A stretch of DNA of 60,358 bases from Pseudomonadota bacterium (lineage in GTDB: Bacteria; Pseudomonadota; Alphaproteobacteria; RF32; CAG-239). The stretch covers positions 1-60,358 of the forward strand of contig JAUNIW010000004.1 in assembly GCA_030523245.1 (NCBI GenBank). Reading direction: 5' to 3'. Shown here one piece after another: positions 38,668 through 47,171 of the stretch (its first letter is position 1; each line of letters opens with the position of its first letter). Under the pieces are notes generated by a model. It saw only the letters and a program-made list of their open reading frames with translations. It was not told the origin of the DNA and did not search any database. The translations under genes and the position numbers were made by a program.

Positions 38668-39063
38668 ATGTGGACAGTGTTAAAAAAACTCGGAGCCGGA
38701 GAGTATTCGCTTAAAGTAACGTTTTGGCTGTTCGGGTTGCTGGGAATGTTGTTTTTTACGATTGCAACGCATATGACGCACAGCGGTGCTTTACGGGCTA
38801 TTTGCCCGCATGGCCGCTTATGTTCCAGAAGCGTAATATTATATATTTTGGGAAACGTCCCTGTTTTGATGACGCGGTCTGGTTACTTGTCGATTTTTGT
38901 GCCGCATTTATTGATGGCTGCATGTTTTGCCGGTTATTTTATTGTTCTGATCCGAGGTTTATGGAAATGCAGTGATGCTTATGAGGGATCAAAGGCATTG
39001 CCGGTCAGTGCAAAAATAGTTATAATCTGTTTGGGACTTTTGAGTTTAAAAGCTATTATTTAG
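38668..39063 (+). CDS. hypothetical integral membrane protein
   Basis: 131-aa ORF with SD AGAGGAAAG and four predicted TM helices. Confidence 0.6.
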   Translation: MWTVLKKLGAGEYSLKVTFWLFGLLGMLFFTIATHMTHSGALRAICPHGRLCSRSVILYILGNVPVLMTRSGYLSIFVPHLLMAACFAGYFIVLIRGLWKCSDAYEGSKALPVSAKIVIICLGLLSLKAII

Positions 39064-39072
39064 GAGGTGTCG

Positions 39073-39243
39073 ATGAAAAAAATTTTTTGTCTGGGCTTTG
39101 TTTTGCTGTTTTTGTCGGCATGTAAAGGATTTGTTGCCGGAGATATAAGCGAAGAACGAAAACATCTGTATGAGTATAATAACAATCAGGAATACTGTGA
39201 TAAAAATCCGGACAGATGTGTTAATAATATTCCGTGGAGTTAA
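39073..39243 (+). CDS. small lipoprotein (56 aa)
   Basis: Not in the ORF track. AGGAGG lies 4 nt upstream of ATG 39073. Sequence: MKKIFCLGFVLLFLSAC with lipobox LSAC. The mature part has two further Cys. Confidence 0.55.
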   Translation: MKKIFCLGFVLLFLSACKGFVAGDISEERKHLYEYNNNQEYCDKNPDRCVNNIPWS

Positions 39244-39266
39244 ATCTGACGTTGCTGAAACAAAAT

Positions 39267-39294
39267 CCGCCTTGTCTTTTTACAGACTCGGCGG
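39267..39294. terminator. possible bidirectional terminator
   Basis: CCGCC..GTCT-loop-AGAC..GGCGG interrupted hairpin between convergent genes, with modest T-rich flanks. Confidence 0.4.
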
Positions 39295-39318
39295 CTTTAT
39301 TTGTTTCCTTATAATATT

Positions 39319-39702
39319 TTAATGCCAGCGGCGATGATGATGGTTATGACGATGATGGCCGAAAACGGCGTTGCCGATAACGGCTCCCGTGAAACCGGCC
39401 AGAGCCGAAGTTGCTACCGAATCGTAGTAATAGTTACGCGGTGTATTTTCTCTGACAACAACAACCGGTGCCGGTCGCGTCACAATAACCTGTTGCGGTG
39501 GCAAAGGTGCCGAATTTACATAAACAGGCTGTGTCTGTACAACCGTTTGTGTCATTGGTACGGCTTGTGTGCCGGCTGTGTGCGGCAATGTATATATCTG
39601 CTGTTTGATGTTATTGTTATCGTCCATGACAATAATTGTATCTGCATGGGCATTATGAGTGCCACACAGGGTTAATAAAACAAAAAATAAAATCTTACGC
39701 AT
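39319..39702 (-). CDS. secreted glycine-zipper protein with His-rich C-terminus
   Basis: SD AAGGAG, signal peptide MRKILFFVLLTLCGTHNAHA, glycine zipper ALAGFTGAVIGNAVFG, and tail HHRHNHHHRRWH. Confidence 0.7.
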   Translation of the reverse strand: MRKILFFVLLTLCGTHNAHADTIIVMDDNNNIKQQIYTLPHTAGTQAVPMTQTVVQTQPVYVNSAPLPPQQVIVTRPAPVVVVRENTPRNYYYDSVATSALAGFTGAVIGNAVFGHHRHNHHHRRWH

Positions 39703-39789
39703 TGTTCACTCCTTAAACAAAGCATATCATAAGTTTTATTTGGTAAAATTTCAAGATAATAAATATACTTTCAGGTATGTATATATTAT

Positions 39790-40083
39790 TTAGTCGATAA
39801 TGACCGCTTCATAAGTATAAACAATTTCGCTTTCTTCTTCATTGTCGGTAGGATCGATTTCGCAAACGAGCAAGGAGTTATCTTCTTGTAAATTATCAAA
39901 AATTTTATCTTCGACATTTTCTAATGTCAGAATATCTTCCTGATTGCGGGTCAATATGATATTATGTGCATCATAGTTTAGTTTTACCGAAGGTTTTTCC
40001 GGCGCCGTATTACGTGCATATAACAGGAGCATAACTTCATTGTCCTCGGTAATCATAAAATCAAAAGTATTAAAATCTGGCAT
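39790..40083 (-). CDS. hypothetical small acidic protein
   Basis: 97-aa ORF with SD AAAGGA. No motif recognised. Confidence 0.55.
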   Translation of the reverse strand: MPDFNTFDFMITEDNEVMLLLYARNTAPEKPSVKLNYDAHNIILTRNQEDILTLENVEDKIFDNLQEDNSLLVCEIDPTDNEEESEIVYTYEAVIID

Positions 40084-40159
40084 TTTGTGTCCTTTCTTGT
40101 TAAAGTTAAAATAATTTTAGGATGTTGAAGTTAATATTTATCTAAAATCTGAGGAAAAT

Positions 40160-40843
40160 ATGCATAAAATAACAGATGGCATTATCAATTTATTACGCTG
40201 GCCGGCAGCAATTTATCTGCTGTTTTCCGTACCGGCTTTGATTGAATCTTATCACTATTTTAATTTTTATACTTTTAATTTTTTGCTGGTCGGTGCCGGT
40301 GTTTTGTTTTTTATTTTTACGATTTTAGTTTCAGGTTCTTCGACACGGCAGTCCATGCAGATTATTTCGCATGAACTGACTCATATGTTTTTTGCTTTTC
40401 TGACACTGCACAAAGCCGGATGTATCCGTCTGAATCCGGATGGCAGCGGCGGTTCGATGCAGCTCAGCGGATACGGGAACTGGCTGATTTCTTTATCACC
40501 GTATTTTTTCCCGCTTTTTGCTTTTTTCTATATGTTGGTAATGCCCTTTTTGGCGGAACTGACGCAGTCACATTGGTTGTTATATGCTATTTTGGGATAT
40601 TTTCTGGCATATCACTGGCTGGTAGTGCTGACGCAGGTTCATTTGCAGCAAACAGATTTAATTCAGGAAGGTTTTGTTTTTTCCGGTATGATTATTCTGG
40701 GGGCTAATCTTTTTACAACGGGTTTTATTCTGGCTTTTGCAAGCAAATCATGGCAGGGCGTAAAGGTCTTTTGGCTGCTGGCAAACAAGCTTAATCTGGA
40801 ATATGCCGACAAGATTTATAATTTAATAGCGCAGAATTTCTAA
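40160..40843 (+). CDS. membrane HExxH protein (M50B-like putative metallopeptidase)
   Basis: 227-aa polytopic ORF with HELTH adjacent to a TM helix, and SD GAGGA. Confidence 0.65.
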   Translation: MHKITDGIINLLRWPAAIYLLFSVPALIESYHYFNFYTFNFLLVGAGVLFFIFTILVSGSSTRQSMQIISHELTHMFFAFLTLHKAGCIRLNPDGSGGSMQLSGYGNWLISLSPYFFPLFAFFYMLVMPFLAELTQSHWLLYAILGYFLAYHWLVVLTQVHLQQTDLIQEGFVFSGMIILGANLFTTGFILAFASKSWQGVKVFWLLANKLNLEYADKIYNLIAQNF

Positions 40844-41713
40844 GCAGGTTTTGTCGGCAGAAAAGAGTACTTTTGCGCCGAGCGGAAGAACGTAACGGCT
40901 TGATGTATGCCCGAATTCAAAATCTTTGACGACAGGAAAACGGGTTCCGTACAAAAAGTCGGCGAAACAATCATCCAGCACGCCGTCTTCTTCATCACCG
41001 CTGCAATCTGTAAAGTGTCCGAAAATAAGACCTTTCAGGGAGTTGAAATGCGGTTGTTGTTTTAATTGCTGCAACATTAAATCAATTTTATGCATTTTTT
41101 CATGCACATCTTCTATGAGTAGGATTTTTCCGCGTAAATCAGGAAAATAAGGTGTGCCGGCAAGCTTCATTAAAACGCTCAGATTTGTACATAAGAATGT
41201 TCCCTGCGCTTCTCCGGCATGCAGTGTACTGCCAGATATGATTTTTTGCGGCAGCCCTGTCAACAGATTTTCGAGGCTGTTCCGTACCAGCGAATCGAGG
41301 GAATTATTTCTGAAATCGTAAGTCGGCAGGAAACCGTTCCAGCTGACAATACCAGATTTTTTATTCAGGGCCAGCATCAGAGCCGCATTATCACAAAAAC
41401 CGACTAAGATTTTTTTGTTTTGTCTGATTAGTTTATAATCAAGGTATGGCAATATACGGGCAGCACCGGCAGCTGCACGAACGCAAAAGATGCCTTTGAT
41501 ATCATTTCGGGCAAAAGCCCAGTTGACATCGGCTGCTCTTTCCTTATCCGTTCCGGCCATATAACGTCTGATACAGTATAAATGCGGTGCAAATACCGGT
41601 TCCAGTCCGAGCGAGCACAGATAGGACAGGCCTTGTTGTATTTTTTCGGGATTACCGATTTGGCCCGAAGGGGCAATAATTGCGATTTTATCGCCTTTTT
41701 GCAGTTTTTGCAT
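40823..41713 (-). CDS. LD-carboxypeptidase (S66 family, LdcA-like)
   Basis: MQKLQKGDKIAIIAPSG N-terminus, LVGFCDNAAL at the nucleophile elbow, and EDVHE and FGHT motifs. Start set at ATG 41713, 2 nt after the upstream stop. Confidence 0.82.
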   Translation of the reverse strand: MQKLQKGDKIAIIAPSGQIGNPEKIQQGLSYLCSLGLEPVFAPHLYCIRRYMAGTDKERAADVNWAFARNDIKGIFCVRAAAGAARILPYLDYKLIRQNKKILVGFCDNAALMLALNKKSGIVSWNGFLPTYDFRNNSLDSLVRNSLENLLTGLPQKIISGSTLHAGEAQGTFLCTNLSVLMKLAGTPYFPDLRGKILLIEDVHEKMHKIDLMLQQLKQQPHFNSLKGLIFGHFTDCSGDEEDGVLDDCFADFLYGTRFPVVKDFEFGHTSSRYVLPLGAKVLFSADKTCLEILRY

Positions 41714-41715
41714 GG

Positions 41716-43080
41716 TTACAGCCTTTTCAAAATTTGTTGGCACAAGTCTGTTAAAGAATTATCACGGGCGCCCATAATAACAATCCGGTCGCCCTTTTTA
41801 GCTTCTTTAACCAAAAAATCCGCCGCCGCGTTTTTGTCTGTGCAGAAATAAGCATTTTTCCGGCCGAGTTTGCGGGCATAATCAATTAAATCCGCAGATG
41901 ATATATCTTTAGTTACCGTGCCGCCGACAAAAAAGATTTCCGGCATAAGCAGAATATCTTCGGGATTCATATTTTCTACAAAGCTTTCGATAATTTCTTT
42001 TCCCATGGAGCGCATTGGTCCGAAACCGTGCGGTTGAAACATAAGCAGCAACCGGCCGGAATATTGACGCAGCGCGCTGACGGATGCCTTGATTTTATCC
42101 GGATTATGCGCAAAGTCATCAATAACGGTAATATCGTTTTTCTTGCCGATGACCTCGAGGCGGCGTTTGGTACCGCTGAAATTCTGCAGGATTTGTGCTG
42201 CCGTTAATTTGTCGACTCCCAGAAGGCCGGCGGCAGCAATGGCGGCCAGTGCATTAGCTACGTTAAAACGGCCGATAAGTTTTAGGTTAAAAGTTCTGCC
42301 GTTAAAAGTATATTGTGTGCCTGCCGGTAGAGGTATAATATTTTCGGCATAAAAATCGGCTGAAGAATTTTTCAGGGAAAAGGTCAGAACGTTTGCTTTA
42401 TGCTTCAGCTGCCGGCAGGTTTCATAATCTGAATTGATAATCAGGGCCTGTTCTGTCCGGTTACTTAAGTTTTGAAAGAGATTTATCAGTTCTTCAATGC
42501 TTTTATGGTCGTGCGAAATATTATTGATAATTGAAATGTAAGGATTGTATAAATCAATGCTGCCGTTGCTTTCATCTGCTTCAACAACGCAAATGTCGCC
42601 TTTATTGTATATGATATTGGGAATACCGGCATTGTTTTCATAATCACGCAGCAGGCCGCCGTTAATCAGACAAGGTTTTTTACCGGCTTTATCCAGAATA
42701 TAGCCGAGCATGGCTGCCGTTGTTGTTTTTCCGGAAGTACCGGCGACAGCAATACCATATTTATAACCGTGAAAGATTTCACTTAAGAGGACAGGTCTTG
42801 TTTTTATTTCAACGGATTTTTCTTTGGCGGCTTTTACATCGGGGATTGTATCTTCGACAGCCGTAGAAGCGCACAGAAAATCCAAATCGGCACTGACGGC
42901 CGAACCGTCTTGCGGAAAAATTTTTATGCCGATGCTTTCCAGAGCCTGACGGTTTTGTAAGTCCCGATTTAAATCAAAATTGCGGTCGGAGCCTTGTACA
43001 TCGTAGCCGGATAATTTCAGAATTTGGGCTATGGCGCTCATGCCGCTGCCGGAAATTCCGCAAAAACTTACTTTTTTCAT
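41716..43080 (-). CDS. Mur ligase, MurC/Mpl type (UDP-N-acetylmuramate--L-alanine or tripeptide ligase)
   Basis: GISGSGMSAIAQIL N-terminal Rossmann motif and P-loop VAGTSGKTTT, with Mur ligase middle and C-terminal domains. The MurC versus Mpl assignment is not resolvable by eye. Confidence 0.85.
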   Translation of the reverse strand: MKKVSFCGISGSGMSAIAQILKLSGYDVQGSDRNFDLNRDLQNRQALESIGIKIFPQDGSAVSADLDFLCASTAVEDTIPDVKAAKEKSVEIKTRPVLLSEIFHGYKYGIAVAGTSGKTTTAAMLGYILDKAGKKPCLINGGLLRDYENNAGIPNIIYNKGDICVVEADESNGSIDLYNPYISIINNISHDHKSIEELINLFQNLSNRTEQALIINSDYETCRQLKHKANVLTFSLKNSSADFYAENIIPLPAGTQYTFNGRTFNLKLIGRFNVANALAAIAAAGLLGVDKLTAAQILQNFSGTKRRLEVIGKKNDITVIDDFAHNPDKIKASVSALRQYSGRLLLMFQPHGFGPMRSMGKEIIESFVENMNPEDILLMPEIFFVGGTVTKDISSADLIDYARKLGRKNAYFCTDKNAAADFLVKEAKKGDRIVIMGARDNSLTDLCQQILKRL

Positions 43081-43107
43081 TTTTAGTCCTTAATCTTTTC
43101 TGTTTTT

Positions 43108-44085
43108 TTACAAATCTTCTATGGTTTTGGTTAAAACAGCCTGTTGTTCACTATCTTTCAATGCAAAGTCTTTATAGTCGATGGAAATATAACTTTTGCC
43201 GTCTCCATTAACTGAAACACCAAGGGTAACACCGATTTTATCGTTATAAAAAGTGGCATATAAGGTTGCTTTGCCTTCTTGAAGTTCTTTTAAAAAGTTA
43301 TTGCCGCCCACAGGGTTTTCTTTGCGGATTTTTTGTGAAGTATTTCCTTCTTGCAATTCTTCTTCGTAACTGTAAGGTGTAAAAAATTCTTCAGCGTTGC
43401 CGTATTTTTTTTCCAGAGCCTGATAATAACGCCGGTAAAGCGCCAAAACCTTGTCAGCACGGGCATCATCGTCCAAAGGCTTACCTTCGGCGAAAATACA
43501 CCAAAGTTTGTTCTGGATACCGAAAATGGCCGTGATTTTTTGGAAAGTATTATTTTTTTGCTGAGGGTTTGTTACCAGATAGACATTTTGGTAGTCTTTT
43601 CTTTCAGCCGGCTGTAATTCAAAGCCGAGTTCTCTGGTTTCTTCCAGACTGGCGGCCCAATATAATCCCAGAGGGGCAGCCGTTAAGTTCCGGATTATTT
43701 TTTGCCGGCGTATTTCCGGACTTTCTTCAGCCGTTTGTTTTTTATCCGATATGGCTTCGGCAGCTGTTTGAACGTCTTGGGTTTTTTCTTTCAGTTTTTT
43801 CAGAGATTTTATTTCGTTTTGGCGCAGGTTCAGAATGGTCGGTTTTTTTGCCAATAAGGCTCGGGCAGAACTTTGGGCTTTTTTTTCGGTTTCGACGTCA
43901 TCAATATAACTGTCCAGATAACCGGTCGGCGCATTTTCTTCGGGTGCGGCTGTTTCATTTTCCGGAAGAACGGCGTCCGGCGTATCATCTTCAGCCATAT
44001 TGTCAAAAAGTTCTACAGTCTGGCAAAAACCTTGTGTTGAGGTTGTCATAAATGCTAAAAGAAAAAATGTAAGAAAGCTTTTCAT
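43108..44085 (-). CDS. hypothetical secreted protein
   Basis: 325-aa ORF with SD AAGGG and signal peptide MKSFLTFFLLAFMTTSTQG. Confidence 0.7.
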   Translation of the reverse strand: MKSFLTFFLLAFMTTSTQGFCQTVELFDNMAEDDTPDAVLPENETAAPEENAPTGYLDSYIDDVETEKKAQSSARALLAKKPTILNLRQNEIKSLKKLKEKTQDVQTAAEAISDKKQTAEESPEIRRQKIIRNLTAAPLGLYWAASLEETRELGFELQPAERKDYQNVYLVTNPQQKNNTFQKITAIFGIQNKLWCIFAEGKPLDDDARADKVLALYRRYYQALEKKYGNAEEFFTPYSYEEELQEGNTSQKIRKENPVGGNNFLKELQEGKATLYATFYNDKIGVTLGVSVNGDGKSYISIDYKDFALKDSEQQAVLTKTIEDL

Positions 44086-44196
44086 AATTATCCCTTTGAT
44101 AACCGTAAAAAAAAATTGAATACTCTAAAGGTTTGGATTATTCTAACACCATAAATGCAAAGATTTTGTTAAATACAGATAAAATTTATTACTGAA

Positions 44197-44793
44197 ATGG
44201 AAAAAGACAATATACAAAATTTATTATTGGAAACGGGGCGTCGGATTGTTCAGGAAAAAGGCACGGAAGCGTTAACCGTCCGCAAATTGTCGGAAGCGTC
44301 CGGATGTTCTGTCGGTGCTATATATAATCAGTTTTCCAATATGGATAATTTTGTGGTTATTCAGAATTATATGACTTTAGATGCTTTAGCCTCATGTTTG
44401 GAAAAGGTTGAAAAAACCGGAGATGCCTTTACCGATATGAATGCTTTTTTAGCGGAATTTGTTGATTTTGTGATGGAAAACAAAAATCTGTGGTTTATGC
44501 TGCATAGTTTTCATTTGCGGAATAATAACCGGACTTTTTCTTATTTTTATTTGCGTAAAGTGGTCAAAATTACCGGCTTAATCAATAAATTGTTGTGTCA
44601 GCTTGTGCCTAATATGGAAAGGCCGGAGCGGATTTTGTCGGCGCAGATTTTATGGTTGTCCTTGTTTGCGTTAAGTTCTTTTCTGACAAAAGATATATTG
44701 GATTCTTTTACTAAAGTCAGTAAGGAAACAATCTGCCAGCTGATGTTTAACACGTATGTTACGGGATTGTCTGTTTTGGAAAAAAAGATATAA
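44197..44793 (+). CDS. TetR/AcrR family transcriptional regulator
   Basis: N-terminal HTH (LTVRKLSEASGCSVGAIYNQF). A promoter-like TTGAAT-N17-TATTCT lies at 44116-44144. Confidence 0.88.
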   Translation: MEKDNIQNLLLETGRRIVQEKGTEALTVRKLSEASGCSVGAIYNQFSNMDNFVVIQNYMTLDALASCLEKVEKTGDAFTDMNAFLAEFVDFVMENKNLWFMLHSFHLRNNNRTFSYFYLRKVVKITGLINKLLCQLVPNMERPERILSAQILWLSLFALSSFLTKDILDSFTKVSKETICQLMFNTYVTGLSVLEKKI

Positions 44794-44802
44794 GGGTAAT
44801 TT

Positions 44803-45339
44803 GTGGAAAGTTTATGGGTATATTTAAATTCGCCGGAAGTTTTGGCCAAGCTGACATCGAATCGGTATTTTTTGATTTTGATTGTCGTGGCTGTAATGTC
44901 TCTTAAGCGGATTGCTTCCAAAAGTATGTTCCTGACGGTTTTTATCAATCTGCCGGGGACGACTTTACATGAATGCGCCCATTTTATAGTCGGTTTGATT
45001 CTAAATGCAAAACCGGTTCGTTTTTCGCTTATTCCCAAAAGAAAAGATGATCATTATGTTACGGGGCAGGTTTGTTTTTCCAATATCAAATTTTATAATG
45101 CCTTTCCGTCGGCAATGGCGCCGTTGTCTTTGCTGATTTTAGCTTATTTTCTGGATCAGCGTATGTTTGAAGTCATAAAACTGAACTGTGCAACATATTT
45201 ATTTTATGTGTTTTTATTGACGGTTATTATTGAAAATGCCATACCGTCACACGAAGATTTCCGGCAGGGTTTTCGTTTTGTCAGCGGCGTTGTTTTATAT
45301 GCCTTTTTGATTATTGCCGTTGTTGCGTTATTTTATTAA
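44803..45339 (+). CDS. membrane HExxH protein (putative zincin/M50B- or DUF3267-like)
   Basis: 178-aa ORF with a GTG start 6 nt after AAGGG. HECAH motif next to TM helices. Lies 9 nt downstream of the TetR gene. Confidence 0.6.
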   Translation: MESLWVYLNSPEVLAKLTSNRYFLILIVVAVMSLKRIASKSMFLTVFINLPGTTLHECAHFIVGLILNAKPVRFSLIPKRKDDHYVTGQVCFSNIKFYNAFPSAMAPLSLLILAYFLDQRMFEVIKLNCATYLFYVFLLTVIIENAIPSHEDFRQGFRFVSGVVLYAFLIIAVVALFY

Positions 45340-46025
45340 ATATTTTTTTGAAGCTCATCTCTTATTTGTCTGAGTTCGTTTTGAATTTCTCCTATATCAT
45401 CGTCTTCGTCAAATGAAAATTCGGAAATGTTCTCATCTTCCTGTTTAACCAGTGTTTCGGGCTGACTATCCTGAGGAATATATTCCATTTCGCGCATTGT
45501 TTTTTCGGCCGGAGTTTCATCCGCAGCTTGGGTTGAGGCATTTTCCTGCAATTCGGCAGTAGCCGTATTCAGGGAACTCGGGCGCGGTGCCATCGGCAGG
45601 TTGTCACGGGCTGCCAATTGTTCTGCGCTTAAAAGCCGTTCATTTTCAATTTGTGTGTTTAAACATTGCAGCAGCCATACGTCATAAATGGGATGTTCTA
45701 CCGCGTTTGTTGCCGGAGAAGATGATAACATCCAGCCTTTAAAAATGTTTATTTCTTCGCCTTTCAGGCTTTTATCCGTGACGTCTACAAAGGCAAAATT
45801 TTCCGGCGCTTCTTCTACCGGACGGGATTTACAACTGCGCACAACAATAGAAAGCGAGCCGAAATTGACGGCACCTCCGACCGGAACGTTAATAACATTA
45901 ACATGTCCGGTAATTTTATCCATGGCCTGCATGCGGGCCGTGTTCATCTCTATTTCGGCAGCTGAAGCGGCAGAAAGAATACTGCAAAGAAAAGTGTTCA
46001 GAATAAAAAAGTCAGTTATTTTCAT
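45336..46025 (-). CDS. DUF2155-like periplasmic protein with acidic tail
   Basis: Signal peptide, then MDKITGHVNVINVPVGGAVNFGSLSIVVRSCKSRP...FAFVDV, a pattern typical of the alphaproteobacterial DUF2155. The ORF extends to 46040. Confidence 0.72.
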   Translation of the reverse strand: MKITDFFILNTFLCSILSAASAAEIEMNTARMQAMDKITGHVNVINVPVGGAVNFGSLSIVVRSCKSRPVEEAPENFAFVDVTDKSLKGEEINIFKGWMLSSSPATNAVEHPIYDVWLLQCLNTQIENERLLSAEQLAARDNLPMAPRPSSLNTATAELQENASTQAADETPAEKTMREMEYIPQDSQPETLVKQEDENISEFSFDEDDDIGEIQNELRQIRDELQKNI

Positions 46026-46479
46026 CTTGATTCCCATCATCTGTGACCATGAAAATAATTTCTCCGACCATATCTTCTATGGTCTTGAAATCTTTCGTAT
46101 TGGTGAATGAATCGCCGTCTTTCAGGTATTCGGTTGATTTTCCAGGTTCTATTTTAACAAATTTGTCTCCGATTAAGCCGTCACTGACAATGGATATTGT
46201 ACTGTCTTTCGGGAGTTTTATATCTGAAGAAATACTGAATGTTACATCGGCCAGATAATCATCGTTATTCAGTTTTTGAGCGGTGACCGTTCCTACTTTG
46301 ATACCGTTAATGCGGACATCGGAACCGATGCTTAAACCGCCGACTTTCATAAATTCCGCCTTAAGCGTGTAGCCTTTGACAACCTGCAAATCGGATACCC
46401 GATAAGCAAAAGCCAAAAACAGCAGGGCTACAATCAATACAACCAATCCCATAATAGTTTCAACGGGTTTTTTCTTCAT
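46012..46479 (-). CDS. MlaD/MCE-domain protein
   Basis: 155-aa ORF with an N-terminal TM anchor (ETIMGLVVLIVALLFLAFAY) followed by an MCE domain. Confidence 0.85.
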   Translation of the reverse strand: MKKKPVETIMGLVVLIVALLFLAFAYRVSDLQVVKGYTLKAEFMKVGGLSIGSDVRINGIKVGTVTAQKLNNDDYLADVTFSISSDIKLPKDSTISIVSDGLIGDKFVKIEPGKSTEYLKDGDSFTNTKDFKTIEDMVGEIIFMVTDDGNQDENN

Positions 46480-46482
46480 TTT

Positions 46483-47034
46483 TTACTCCATATCTTTTGT
46501 GTTTGTGACCGGTTCAGTATCTTTTACCGTCGGGGTACAGGTCTTTTTGCGGTTTGCTTTGCCCAGAGATATAACACGGTTAATCAGTTCTTCCAGTATC
46601 ATGGCATCCTGTGTATATGCAAACTCTTCTTCAGGGGCAATATAATCTTCCGAGCCGCCCGGTTCTATTTCAATATATTTATTGCCCATAATGCCGGAAC
46701 TGACAATAGCGGCACTGCTGTCATCGGGAATGAGGATATGTGATTTTATCTGCAAAGTCAAAGTGGCGCGGAAATCATCGTCCAGAACGGAATTTACAAC
46801 ACGGCCGATATCTATGCCGGACATCCGGACATTATCTCCGACCACAAGTCCGTCCGTACGGTTAAAAGTGGCATATATCTGATAATCGGTATTCTCGGCA
46901 CCTTGCCAGACATTATGCTGCAGTTTGAAAATTATCATGCCGACAAGGAAAAAGCCGATAACACCCAGGCCGATGATAAAATTTTTTAGCTCTTCTTTAT
47001 TGAAATTATCCAAAATTTTACTCCGTAAAATCAT
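46483..47034 (-). CDS. MlaD/MCE-domain protein (second tandem copy)
   Basis: 183-aa ORF with a TM anchor and an MCE domain. Lies 3 nt upstream of the first copy. Confidence 0.8.
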   Translation of the reverse strand: MILRSKILDNFNKEELKNFIIGLGVIGFFLVGMIIFKLQHNVWQGAENTDYQIYATFNRTDGLVVGDNVRMSGIDIGRVVNSVLDDDFRATLTLQIKSHILIPDDSSAAIVSSGIMGNKYIEIEPGGSEDYIAPEEEFAYTQDAMILEELINRVISLGKANRKKTCTPTVKDTEPVTNTKDME

Positions 47035-47171
47035 TGTCAGGGATATTATTACTCCATTTAAAATGATTTGTCATTAAAGTTTTTTGATAACAGTTGAAAA
47101 TAATTGTTAAAATTTAAAAAAATAATGTTAGACTAACAACATATTGTTGTTTTGATGAAAGAGCTTGTAAA

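Noticed and set aside
39301-39675. 124-aa plus-strand ORF
   Set aside because: It is antisense to 39319-39702. The latter has an AAGGAG SD, a signal peptide and a recognisable glycine-zipper. The plus-strand translation is Cys/Arg-rich junk.
44116-44144. Possible third copy of the MerR-type operator, since ACTCTAAAG occurs in the TetR gene promoter region
   Set aside because: Only one half-site is present, there is no inverted partner, and the -35/-10 spacing is a normal 17 bp (TTGAAT-N17-TATTCT). It is most likely an ordinary sigma-70-type promoter.
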